A DNA stretch of 64,000 bases from Octopus vulgaris (lineage: Eukaryota), in contig OX597828.1 in NCBI GenBank assembly GCA_951406725.2, positions 32,798,001 to 32,862,000 on the forward strand, written 5' to 3'. The translations under genes were made by a program, and so were the position numbers. The notes below the pieces were generated by a model, which saw only the letters and a program-made list of their open reading frames with translations, did no database searches and was not told where the DNA came from. Positions 13,690 to 26,720 of this stretch are shown one piece after another (position 1 is the stretch's first letter; each line of letters opens with the position of its first letter).

Positions 13690-15434
13690 CATGTAATAAA
13701 AGATCATTACTTGAGCGTCTACAATGGGGACTTTATAAGCGTTTCTGCAACAAACACTAACGTATTAAAAGTGACTTCCATTCATTGTTATGTAGTTATC
13801 TTTTTTTGTGATATCATTGTTGACGAATATGTTGCAAATTCCTTTTGAAATGGATAAAGATAAATACCTTTACTAATCACAATCTTTGCTTGAATTCTGG
13901 CTATTGGTATGCATGCTAAATCCTTATAACTAGATTTTCATTAGAATATTCAAGTGTTGTGCTATGTAAAAGAAAGGAGTAATTTAAATAATTGTGCACT
14001 TATCTAAATCCTACTTGAATGGCGTTTTTATCTCACGTCTTTAGAGTGCATTTGCGATCTAAAGTTTCAAATTCTAATCAAATACGAAACCTAATATCCA
14101 ATCAATAAATTATTTACAGTTTTTAATTGTTATATCATATCATTCCTTTCTTAATCATAATAAATTAATCTCATAGTTAACGTGGAATCATGTCACAGTT
14201 GATACTTTAATATATATCTCCAAGTTCTTGTTAATAGCGTGCTATAATCGGAGAGGATGCGTTAATGATATTTCCCTTGAGAATTGTATAATTATCTATA
14301 TGAGATAATTGTCAGAGCCATGCCGTTAAATGCATGTGTTTACTAAAATATCACTGCTCTCTTTATTTGATAAGCTGATCTGAAGGCTTAAACCTTTTGC
14401 CCCTGTCTGTATTTAGTAATTAGAGTCGTGAGCAATTTTCGCTATTTTCGTAAATATTGGGCAATGAGGATCAATATTATGGATCACACGTTTCTATTGC
14501 TGAAAGTTAGGAAAATCAATAGCGCTTGTAATAAATGGCAATCTAATCCGGTTGAATCTTCCTTTATATCCTTATATCTAGAAGCATAATTAACATAGCA
14601 CAAAGCATAGCAACAAAGAATTTTATGAGAAACCTAAAAGTCAGTTAACTTTAATAAATTTATATATATTATAGTAATAATTAAATTAATGCAAAAAAAA
14701 AATAAGAAAACGTTAATTTTACCAATTGACTAAATTAAACTTTAAAGCTTAAATTCATTGCTGCTTCATTCAATTTCTAACGGGATGTCATGAACTAATT
14801 ATTAAAATTAGTCCTTGTGTTATGATTGCCTTACTCTCAAATATTCGGGTGTAAATTGAGATTTCTCGGTTGTTTCTCGCTAACTGCGTTGATGATATTC
14901 AAGCATAGTGCTAATGTTCGGTCTCACTTCTGCTTCATTAAGCAGAATATTTCCTCAGTATATTAATTATGTTAGCACTCACTTAATTATATACAAAATG
15001 ATGCTTCGCTAAAATTTCCTTCAGGCTTGAAACAAAATCTCAATATATTTGTACAAATCTCAGCCCGAATATAGTGTTTCAATGTTAAACAAAATTTAAT
15101 TAAACTGGTGAATCTATTTCAGAGATTATCAAGAAAAAATTGCTGCGGTTTATAAGTCAGAGGTGTTTCTATAACAATCATTAAATGTATGTTTCTTGCA
15201 GTGAATATTGAAAACTCCTTACGTACATTAAAAGTTTATTTAAATATCTGAAATGCACAAAATATAAAACCATCTTACAGAAATGTCATTTAATATGCAA
15301 CTATAAATATTAAAAGAAATAAGGCACGTGATATTAGGAATAGTCATTCTGAACGGAATCTTGCACAAGTGTTTCTAATATAAACCCGTTGCCTTCTGCA
15401 TGAATGTAGTACACAAAAATTCCGTTACATATAC

Positions 15435-15506
<72 letters not shown>

Positions 15507-16111
15507 GTATATATATGTATGTATATATATATATATATATACGTATGTATATAGAGTAATACTTCACTTTATGAAGATGACCCGCTGTCCGATACCCCGA
15601 GTTTACGAGTTTAATTTTACAATAAATATAAAGATCCAAATTTTGAACGAAGTACAAAAGTTTCTACCACCATCACAAATTCTCCTGGGTGTTACCGAGA
15701 AATTTATAGAACGAAAAAAACTTCTTCTAAGCAAACAACTCCAAACTTGGGTTTTTAAAGAGAAATCTACATGTCCGTCTACTAGTGCTTGTGAATCGGC
15801 AATCGCGTCTACAACTTATGGTGTACGAATCTTGTGTGAGAGAAAGTGAGTCAGAAGACGGTTATAATAAAAACATTTTTAATATAAATGATCTTGACAT
15901 TCTTTTTACTTCACGTAGAATATTCTTTACAATCTAGTGTTGTTTTATTGCTATTTATTTATGAGTATTATAATTTTATAGTTAAAATATTTTACTGGCA
16001 ACGGATTACGATTTATAACGTTGCTACTAAGGGAAATTGTTGCTCTGCTTTAAGTGTTTTCGCTTTACGAATGGTCTCCCGGAATAAAATAACTCGTATA
16101 TCAAGGTGTTA

Positions 16112-16245
<134 letters not shown>

Positions 16246-16252
16246 GACACAG

Positions 16253-16286
<34 letters not shown>

Positions 16287-16419
16287 GGTCATAGATATCT
16301 GTAACTAAATTCAAAAATGTGTTTTGTGATAACTCAGCATTTAAATGCACTGGGAACACCAATACACGGTTCCAGCTAAACATAGAGTGGAATTGCACGC
16401 AGGAGGTATTATATGAACT

Positions 16420-16705
16420 TGTGTTTATCCTTATTTCTCATGTGTTTGTATGTATGCGTGTGTGTGTGTGTGTGTGTGCTTGTGTGTGTGCATATGTGTG
16501 TTAGTGTCCGTCTTTGTATACCGAAACCCACTTCAAAACCGGTGCTGGTGTTCATGCGTTTGCGCAACTGAGTGGTGTGGCAATACGGCTCGACATAGCA
16601 TGCAGTAGTCTTAATAAGAGTACACGTATCGACTTGCTTGCCTGAAATATTCCAGATTGTGTTTCACAGTGGCCACAGTCCAAAAATGAAACACTCAAAA
16701 GATTG
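16420..16705 (+). mobile_element. Old degenerate 3' half of the CORE-type SINE
   Basis: (TG)n followed by AACCGGTGCTGGTGTT...GGCCACAGTCCAA...GAAAC, a diverged match to the 61098 family tail. Confidence 0.5.
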
Positions 16706-17569
16706 AGCAATGACAATCAAATTGACCTTTACTATATTTTTCTATCAAATCCAGTGCGTTACTATGTAATCGTAGATCTATTCGTAAAATAAGAGGATCT
16801 GTTTACTCAAGGAAAGATGGAAACGATAATTTTCCGATCAAATATTTGTTTATGAGAATTCGACGATAACAAAAACGAAAGGTTTTTTTTTTGAAGAAGG
16901 GAAGCCGAACATTACATCACAGTTTTATAATGCAAATATTTTTACGTTGCATGAATACAAACGATCAGTTTAAAATATAAACCGGCTATTCATCGAGTAA
17001 CTAGTAAAACCTGGCAACTGTTGCTTTGTTCAATGGAAAACGCTTCAAACGAATCCAGTAAGGCATACATTTACAAAGGAATGAACAGATATTAATGGGT
17101 TGAAATTTGGTGAAGTATTTTATGTAGGAAACATAACCTCGCTAAGCATCAAACTTTAAAATTTCCAAACATCAAAGTGATAGGGGTTCAAGACTGTTTG
17201 TGTGGACAAACTCCTCCTGAACGCGGTGTTAGTTTGCGAAATTTGAAGAGGGAGGAAACACTGCAAAAGTCCAAGTATACAAGTCATAGAGCATTAGGTA
17301 ACTTCTTTTCATAAACACATCTCTGGAAGAGATGTTAATAGACCCGATATTTTTTTTAAAATCATTTCATAGCAATAATAGTGTAAATGTTTGTTTAGTA
17401 ATCAATAAATTATACCAGCAACATAGAAAATAATTCCAAATAAACACACTCACAGCTAAGCATGTACATGCACAAATACACATCTATACACATGCACACA
17501 AAATGCGCTCACACATGCGCATACCCACATACAATCCATACATACGCATATATCTGTAGCTAGTAAGCT

Positions 17570-17716
17570 CCCTTAGCAGCCATTTCTTTTCGGGTTCATT
17601 TCCACGACATCACGTTCGATGAGTGTCTTTCAGTAAAGCCCTCGGCTGACCATCGCTTGCGTATTTAATAGAGTGAAACTCTATGGAATCCATCGTATAT
17701 AGAATCATGTGTGTGT

Positions 17717-17753
<37 letters not shown>

Positions 17754-17900
17754 TTTGCATGTGTGCTTATTGTCATACCACTTGACAACCGATGTACCAA
17801 ACTAAAAAAAAATAAGAGATGGTGTCGATTTCTTCAGTTAAACTCGCTTTGGGTTATGCCTGAGCACAGTCGGTTCATGCCTGAGCATAGTTCAGCAAAA
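17570..17900 (+). mobile_element. Degenerate CORE-type SINE with internal (TG)n
   Basis: GGGTTCATTTCCAC...GAGTGTCTT..AGCCCTCGGCTGACC...(TG)n...CTTGACAACCGATG collinear with the family. Confidence 0.6.
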
Positions 17901-17952
17901 ATTTAGATTCAGATGAATATGGTACTATCCATATAAATCAATTGGGGTGATT

Positions 17953-18418
17953 ATAATCAAAAGTTAAAATAAGCATCAAGGATATCCAATGGTAGTGTAG
18001 TACAATCGTTTCATGCTACTTCATTTAATGAAACAATGTAAGTATTACATCAGTTTTAAAATGTAGAGCCCTATTCAGCCACATATGGAATGTTTTAAAT
18101 TAGATTGACAATGTTCAATTTTTATACTTATTCCATTTGCCAACATTACAAAGAGAGTAGATATATAGACAGAGAATCATGTTCTTACTGATGAAATTCA
18201 CCTCTCTGTCTATATACCTACCCTCTTTGTAATGTTGGCAAATGGAATAAGTATAAAAATTGAACATTGTCAATCTAATCTAAACAATTCCATATCTGGC
18301 TGAAGAGTGCTCTACATTTTAAAACTGATGTAATACTTACATTGTTTAATTAAATGAAATAGCATGAAACGATTGTACTACACTACCATTGGATATCCTT
18401 CTTGCTTATTTTGATTAT
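17953..18418. repeat. Long inverted repeat (foldback), arms ~215-220 bp, 27-nt loop
   Basis: 17953-18175 is the near-perfect reverse complement of 18203-18418. Confidence 0.95.
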
Positions 18419-18669
18419 GTATGCATATATATATACATACATACATAAATACATACAAACATACATACATACATATATATAATCTGTGATCAGCTGACAA
18501 CAATTTGGCTAGTGCCACCTACTCTTGCTTCGGTCTACACATGTTCCATGACTACAGTTCTGTCAAATAGACGTGCTGTACAAATTCTCCTCTGACAATC
18601 GGAGTCAACACTTGATCACTATGAAAGTAACAGTGAATGTGTCGCAGCCTCATAGCTTGTCTGCGTAGC

Positions 18670-19070
18670 GTCAGCTACAGCATTGGTAACGAGAATACCT
18701 GTTACAGAGAAATCTACTGAAACGGAAATGCCGTCAGCCGAGCATGCCTGAGGTGCCTACAGAGCGACGGAACTATTCAACATACAGTTGTCCAGTACCC
18801 TAGTACCTCTGATCCCCGGTCTGTGTAGACTGGTATCAACAATCAGATGAGTCCATTCTTAAGATCATCCCGCCGCTTTCCTTTGGCTAAGATTGTCAAA
18901 AAGCTTTCCTCTATAGTGTGACTATGCTGATTGAATTGTGTTGGATCAGACTAGAAGGGCTGAAGAAAAGAACCGTCTTCTTCATCAGCGTTTCCATGTT
19001 TCACCTGAAGGAGAAAATGAAAGAAAAAGATTAAGAAAACTGCTTCCAGCAAATTTGCTAGAATATGGTT
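18670..19070 (+). pseudogene. Degenerate L1/Tx1-like ORF2 C-terminus (zinc-knuckle region)
   Basis: Reads NGNAVSRACLRCLQSDGTIQHTVVQYP, resembling the C-x2-C..ETxxH...C motif; heavily decayed. Confidence 0.55.
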
Positions 19071-19262
19071 GACAGAATCACGGATACAGCGATTGAACCG
19101 TCCTGCTCAGAGAATGCGTATCGTCTTGTATCTTGCTGCATCGCGCTCGATCTTTATTTCTAAACCTTCCATAGTCGATAACGTAAACATCATCATCATC
19201 ATGATCAGAAAGCAACATCAGCATTATTAGCAGTAGTATTTTTGTTGTTCATGATGTTATTT

Positions 19263-19575
19263 AGGCGATGAGGTGGCAGAATCGGTAGCACGATGGGCAT
19301 AATGCTTAATGGCATTTCGACCATTTTTACGTTCAAATTCCGCCCAGGTCGACATTGACTCTTCACTTTTTCTGGGTCAATAAATTAAGTACCAGTAAAA
19401 CACTGGGGTCCTTGTAGTCCCCTCCCCTAAAATTTCAGGCCTTGTGCCTTTAGTAGAAAGGAGATATTTTTTTCAGGTGAAGGCTTTGCACTAGCAGAAT
19501 CGATAGCACGTGGATATGATGCTTAGAAGCATTAAGTCCACCTTTCTATTCTGAGTTCAAAATTCCCGCAGGTGT
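19263..19575 (+). mobile_element. One diverged full copy and one truncated copy of the Nin-like SINE
   Basis: GGCAGAATCGGTAGCAC head, GTTCAAATTCCGCC B box, AAATTAAGTACCAG, tail AAATTTCAGGCCTTGTGCCT; second head from ~19490. Confidence 0.75.
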
Positions 19576-21917
19576 TATAAATCCACGAATAATACCGTAG
19601 TAAGAGAACCGTGCAATGCCCCTTTGACTCGTTGGCGAGCGTACTGAAAATTACTAAAAACAGATAACTTTCACGCATTAAGAAACCACAGAACCGCTTA
19701 TATTCTTATATACAAATGACAACATCGAGTGAATGCATAATATGGCATTATTGAATAGATGAGTGACAATTAAGGACTTCACAAATAATTTGCAAATTAT
19801 TTATGTTTCTGGCAATGTGATCCCTAAAAGACATGGCATTAGTAAAGCAGAAGCAAAATTAATTCCGATCCAATACGCAGAATCGCAAAGACAACAAAAT
19901 GACTTGTGTGAAGATATACTACGGAGCTTCTTTGGAAAATTATTCTCTCCTACATTTATGTCTTCTGTTTCACTTGAAATAATTTTACAACTGGAATAAA
20001 TGAAAGAATTCGAACAGTGGAGTGTCCAGTGTTAATATGATAACAATGACAATGTAATTTATACTCCATTTTTTGATCAACTTCATAGAGATGAGAGAAA
20101 GCCTCAGAACTAGTGGATGTCCTGCCAAAAGGGGAAAACATGACGTGTGTATGAATGTATGTATGTGGGTGTAGGCAGGAGCTTGCACTCCTTTAGATAA
20201 ATTTTCGGGTTGGAAAGATCGAAATGCGTTGTACTCATCAGTAAAAGTTTACTATCGGGTCTCCTTTGGCTAATTTTGGCCACATGATAGCACCTTTATT
20301 CTCTTACTACAACGCGATGAAGAGGTAACATAATGCGTAATATCCTCCTTTATATCTACTCTGATTTCCATGTTGTGCGGCGGATTAAATCATAGAATGT
20401 TCTACTTGTTTGTTCCTCGGCGTATATTCTAAATTCATCCAATTTGACTTTATGGAGTGTTATTCTACCATAACGTGGGAGTTACTCTTAAAAACTGTGG
20501 TTTCCGGAAGGTCTACCATCTAATTACCATTAGCATATCATAGCTAGGATCTCACTGTTATAAACGACGTTTTATAGCTCGTTAATATATATCTGAATCC
20601 TTATTTCACAGCTGTCTGAGAGTCTAATATGAGTCTTTGATAGGGAAACTTGTGTAAAGGTTTATCCTTGAAACTTACCAAGAAAACACTCCAGCTACAA
20701 AGACGTCAGATTATAGAGAGATGATATCTAGGGAAACGCATAAAATAGTAATGGTTTTACCACGGATATATCCATGAAAATTTTTAAATATACGTATAAT
20801 ACTTATACTTAAATATAACTAATAGCTCTAAGTTTAATACATCTAATTTATTCGCTATGATTTAGATTCGAAACAAGCAGTCACCACCCCGGACCATAAA
20901 TATAAAACACGAAACAGGTCGAAGAAAACAGTATTTAGATCCGTTCACCTTTTGATCATAATTACACACGCTATGGACTGAATATGTCGGCGATTCTTTG
21001 ATCTTTCCTTAAATAAGGATAGTTCCAACGAAGCAGTCGCATATCACAATGTAGATCTAGTTAGGAGTAGCTTCACCGAAAATAACTATATGCTCTCTCT
21101 TCTATTAGTGTACATACAATATTAGTTAGTGTGCTACTTACTCAAGTTATAAGATCTGAACAGATAACCCCAGTAGTATATTGTTCTGCTCCAAGACTTA
21201 ATGCTAACACTATGTTTTGGTGTCTGGTAGTTAGATTTGATCTTATGACATGGTTTTTGAAGTAAACAACAATGAAACATTCCAGATGCAAGGCGAGTCA
21301 ATGAAACTGTTATTATATGGTAGTAAGAAAAGTTAATCTATGAAACCTTTAAATAATAAATGTTCTTTATGCTTTCATAAATGAATTCATTTATTCGCTT
21401 AATAATTATTGATTGCTTTAGTAATCCATTCACACACGAAGCAGCACTAAAAGTTATGACTTTCATGACTTTTCTTAAAGTCAGGTAATAGAAAGTTATG
21501 AACTCCGTATCTTTCTTATTGATAATAAAGAGATGACATAAAATATAGCCGAACATAAACTAATTCTGAAATAATAAGTTGGCACTTTAATATACTAATA
21601 TAAAGTAGCCTACGTGTGAAATATTAGAACCATCAACAGGTGAAGGGTAGACTGGCTTTCAGTAAACGCTCCACGGGTATCTATGATGTTTATGGCTCGT
21701 CTATCGTATATAGGTATTAAATTCTTTGATTGAACAAATACTGTCTCAGTTTGTTACATCTTGCAGGATTGATTACTTCTCATCTCATAAGTTGCTTCGC
21801 AAATTTGAATGGTAAATGCACATGTTTCTGTAATTGTGATAAATACGAAAATGACGGAAAGAACATTTGACCGCTGAGTGTTGTGCAGAAATTCAATATT
21901 ACAGTGTCCGCTATTTC

Positions 21918-22122
21918 ATCTGGCAGAATCTTTAGCGCGTCGGACAAAATGCATAGCAGCATTTCGTGTTGAGGTTCCGAGTTCAAATTCCGCCTTGTTC
22001 GACTTTGTCTTCCGTCCTTTCGGGGTACATAAATTAAGTACCAGTTGCGTACTGGAGTTGATGTAATGATCTTATTCCCTCCTCCGAAATAGCTGACCTT
22101 GTGACATAATCTGAAACCAACA
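21918..22122 (+). mobile_element. Diverged Nin-like SINE (monomer)
   Basis: CTGGCAGAATC..TAGC head, GAGTTCAAATTCCGCC, CCTTTCGGGG..AAATTAAGTACCAGTTGCGTACTGG. Confidence 0.75.
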
Positions 22123-24029
22123 TTTCACTGTCGGTTCAGATCATTCTCTCAACATCTTTTTACGAACACATCACATTGCTTTATCTTCTAATCTGTTATA
22201 TAGACTTTGTGTCTCTCACTCTTCCTCTTTCTCTCTCTCTCCCTCTCTCTGTCACAGTCACTCTCTCACTCTTCCTCTTTCTCTCTCTCTCTCTCTCCCT
22301 CTCTCTGTCACAGTCACTCTCTCACTCTTACACACACATACACACACGTACTCACTGACTCTCATACAAACACATGCATATACACACACGCAGGTAAGCA
22401 CACACACACAAAAGCACACGCACGCACATACACACAAGTACGCACATTACGCCTACAGAAACCCCAGAAACCTACACACACACACACACAACCCGCGCGC
22501 ACACTAGCATACACAAATTTACATACACACCTATACATATACATACACACACAATATATGCATACACGCTCACATATATGTGAGAAGGGACATATTTATT
22601 AGAATAAACCGAGAGAGTTGCTATATTCTAGAAACAGCTGCAAAATCTTTCTGCGCACCTGCTTGCCATCAATCCCATGTTTTTTACCCCTGACATTATT
22701 GATATACTCACCACATTATGTCTCATCACAGTATCGATTTCTTTTCTACCGTATGCAGAAGTGTGCCAATCTACATTTGAACTATTAAGGGTTTTTTTAT
22801 GTTCCAAGTCATTCCCTATTTTCCGTTATATCTTTCCCCGCAATATAGTTTATGGATATTTATATTTCACTCCAATATATAATATAAATGTTATAAAAAT
22901 TGTTCAGTTACTCCACACTTGTGTGCTTGCTAGGCCAAGGCTTTTTTTGTTGTATATGTATTATTATCGTTTTTGCCTGTAGGTGTATGATTCATTTGTT
23001 GTTGTCTTCACCTGACCCCAAAACCATATTCTGTTTATTTATTTCGTATTTTTCTCCCTTGCCACTCACCTAACAATCTCGTCTCGAATTACTTTTATCC
23101 ATTTTCGTATGTCCAATACCGTATTCTTTGATCCTCCTTGTTTGTCCGTCACGTTTTGTTTTGTTGTTTTGGTCGCATTCCACTCACGTTCTGTTGCTGG
23201 CTGGCTGGTTGTCTCCAGGATGGAAAGAAATATTATCGATAATGGCACGAAACTGCGCCGGACGTCTTTGCTGATAACTGATGAGGAGTCGGTGGCATTC
23301 TGTCTTTATTCTCCGTTCGTCTCTGCATTTAGTGTATGTTTTTTCAACTTCACCGTGTGTGTCTTTTTCCGTTCCTTTGTTTATTAATATACGTGTTTGA
23401 TGTTTGAATATATATATATATACACATATACATATATATATATATATAAAGTGAGACATAGAGATGTTTGCATGTAAATCTGAGTGATTGTATGATTTTA
23501 CGTAGCTTGTTTGTGTGTGTGAATATTAGTCTTAATAATGAATATATTTCTTATATTAATATAATTTATCAAATTCATTATTGCGATATTAAAGAGCCAC
23601 GAATTTAAAATAATATATTCCAGGATACAAATGCTGCTAAATATCTCTTAGTAATTAACTTGTAATCAATAATATCGCAATCCTTTGAACATCTTATTAA
23701 GGACTGCATTTAACGTAATACATTAAGAATTCAGTTTTATTCCAGAATCCACACGATTCTATTAATTATGTAATATTTTAGCGGATTTTAGCGACGAAAA
23801 TATTTTGACAAATTAAACTTAAATGTTGAAGTGAATCGAACGGCTTTTGTGTGTTTCTTAAATGGCTTACAAACACCTTCCACGCTGCAATTGTTTTCGT
23901 TTCAGCACACGATCTCAGATCAAATCATTTGCTATGCGAGTACATCTCCGTAATATTTTTATGTTTTAGGACAAAAGAAAAAAAAATAATTGTTCATCTA
24001 TTTTTCGACAATTGTAAGATGTTAAGTTG

Positions 24030-24230
24030 TTGAGCTAGTAGAATCGTTTACGCACTGGCTAAATGCTCGGTGGCATTTTGTTCGGCTCTACGTTTTGAGT
24101 TCAAATTCCACCAAGGTCATATATTCCTTTCATTCTTTCGACGTTGGCAGAATAAATACAAGTTGAGTTCTATGGTCAATGTAATTAACTTACTTACGCC
24201 CCTAAAACTGCAGACCGTCACCCGAAATTG
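24030..24230 (+). mobile_element. Highly diverged Nin-like SINE
   Basis: GAGCTAGTAGAATCGTT..GAGTTCAAATTCCACCAAGGTC..CCTTTCATTCTTTCG. Confidence 0.6.
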
Positions 24231-24919
24231 TTATTACAGAATAGACATATATTCCATTAAAAACATTTCTTTGTACAAAATCTGTGATCACCATTTGAAG
24301 AAAACATTTCCTTATGGCACTATCTTCTGTACGAAAGAGATGATATTTTTATCTGTTTGATGAACAAAAAAAAGCATTTCAGTTTCAAAACTATTTAAAA
24401 TATTGGTTTATTTTTGTCAACTTATACCTCAAGGTATATCATCTCTAGATTTGTTTTTATTTCCAAAACCTTTATCACAGTAATCAAGTCTAATCTAACG
24501 CAACAAAAGAGCTTCTGTATTTTGCAAATTTAAGCCGTTTATCTCCTTATTGCAGTTGCTGAGATTCAGTTTCCTTCTTTCTTCAAGTTTCAAATATTTT
24601 TATCTCTTCACTTGTAAAATAATATCAATAGTATTAATATAATTACCTTTGAATCCCGTTCCAAGGGATCTTTCTTCTGCGATACCATTTGCCTGTAATA
24701 AATCCGGTCAAAACTTTTCGTAAATTAATGAGTACCTGCATGTCATTAAATTTACAGTTTCGTTTACACTTTGTTTTCCATAGCGATGAAACGTTTATCC
24801 TTTAATATAGAATCTTAGAATCACATTAATTCTAGAACTCATAGAAAATATGTTCTTGCATCAATATCTATGTAATTATATACTGTATATTAAAGCTTTT
24901 GTATTAAGTATTTGTAGAA

Positions 24920-25002
<83 letters not shown>

Positions 25003-25529
25003 AATGATACATTGTGTACAACAATTCTTTATAACGATCCTGCATTTGATGAATAATAATCAGATTCCAGAAAATAATTATAAAGCATATCTTTCGAAAT
25101 TTCGCCGTACTCAATCACAATACACACAATTTTATAACACCTAAATATCTTGTGTAAACCTATGGATACTTTGACAATTGCTGGTGCTTTCGAAAGAGAA
25201 TACAAAGACGAACCAGGTTTGTAACCACAGCAGAGTCCGAGGAACTATCGTGATTGATTGTTAATTCCTATAGAAGAATTAGGTGACAAAATTAGTTATT
25301 AAATTACGTATTTCTCTGTTAGCAAAAATGATATTGAGATTCTACTGAGAAGGGGGTAAAAATAACAATAATTAGGGACTCATTAAGTAGAATGGTCATA
25401 GGAAAGCGTAACAGTTCGATAAATCGAACTGGAGAAAGTATATATGAGATTTGTTCGAAAGAAAGTTGAACAAGTTGATGACATCATCAGTTCTGGTCCA
25501 AACCGGAAGCTTAAGTTTAGCTCTTCACT

Positions 25530-25690
25530 AGGAATGAAAACCTAGGTTGGAAAATTCCCCAAGACACCTGATGAAGGCTGGAGGGTATATCAGCTGAAAT
25601 GTTGTCTTAACGACAAATAAGATGAGGACAAATATCCGTCAAATGTAAATAATGTACATAATTCCTCGTCTCTTAAATATAGAACTGTAT
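25530..25690 (+). mobile_element. PLE-type pLTR fragment with near-intact minimal hammerhead motif
   Basis: GACAC-CTGATGA-A-GGCTG-(10 nt)-CAGCT-GAAA-TGTT-GTCTT at 25563-25608; segment homologous to 52090-52198. Confidence 0.7.
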
Positions 25691-25801
25691 AGTCCGTATT
25701 CCTGAGATACGGACTGCGATCTTAAGAGACAAGTGACTTGAGGAAACGCTCGTAGCGATGCATTAGAATATTTATAAATACATCCAAAGATTATTGTTAT
25801 T

Positions 25802-26005
<204 letters not shown>

Positions 26006-26127
26006 TGTGGGAGTGTGTGTATATGAGTGTAAAATAAAACGTAGTAGAAGGAACGTAGTATAAAAATCAATGCTTGCAGGAATCGAGTTTAGCGAGTTGT
26101 TTAGGCGAAATGACTCAGCCCTGTATA

Positions 26128-26338
26128 CATAAATCCCTCGCCATATCGCGGTTCACCTATTGCGGTTCATTACTTAAGCTTACGTCGATTCATCCGTTGT
26201 GCTGTTTTGCATTTATAATAAAATAAATATACGGAAATAAATACAACAAAAATATACAGCAATGTTTCTACTTCGCTGATTTACACATATAACGCGGGCT
26301 TTTGGAACGTAACACCCGCGATAATCGAGGGATTACTG
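26128..26338. mobile_element. Tigger/pogo-like MITE
   Basis: Imperfect TIRs CATAAATCCCTCG..ATCGCGG / CCGCGATAATCGAGGGATTACTG flanked by TA on both sides. Confidence 0.75.
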
Positions 26339-26379
26339 TAGTCTTATGGCAACTTGTGGAAATGTTCATGAGGACGACG

Positions 26380-26565
26380 GACAAAATACTGAGCAGTAGT
26401 TCTTCTGGCTCTTTACGTCCTCAGTTGTAATACCACCGAGATGAACTTTACCTTTCATCCCTCCGCGGTCGATACAATAAGATACCTGTATTGTATTGGA
26501 GACAAGATAAAATACAGGAGTCGATGTAATCAATTTGTAGCCTTCCTCTCTAAATTGCTGGACTT
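26380..26565 (+). mobile_element. Highly diverged Nin-like SINE
   Basis: CTTTACGTCCTCAGTT..CCTTTCATCCCTCCGCGGTCGATA..GGAGTCGATGTAATC. Confidence 0.55.
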
Positions 26566-26613
26566 AAAACTCTGCGACTGACAGGTGCCCAGATTAGGGG
26601 AATCTTGAAACGC

Positions 26614-26720
26614 CTGTTACGTCTACAGCCATGGAAATCAGGGAATATCTGTCACGTCTATACGCCATGGAAATCAGGGACTTCTGTTACGTCTATACGC
26701 CATGGAAATCAGGAAACCTC
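26614..26720. repeat. Three tandem 35-bp units
   Basis: CTGTTACGTCTATACGCCATGGAAATCAGGGA-type units starting at 26614, 26649 and 26684. Confidence 0.9.

Noticed and set aside
18176-18202. CTGATGA in the foldback loop as a ribozyme core
   Set aside because: No stem II plus GAAA element; likely chance.
22214-22330. ~50-bp tandem duplication in a CT-rich tract (similar duplications at 45285-45540 and 17856-17895)
   Set aside because: Ordinary slippage duplications in low-complexity DNA.
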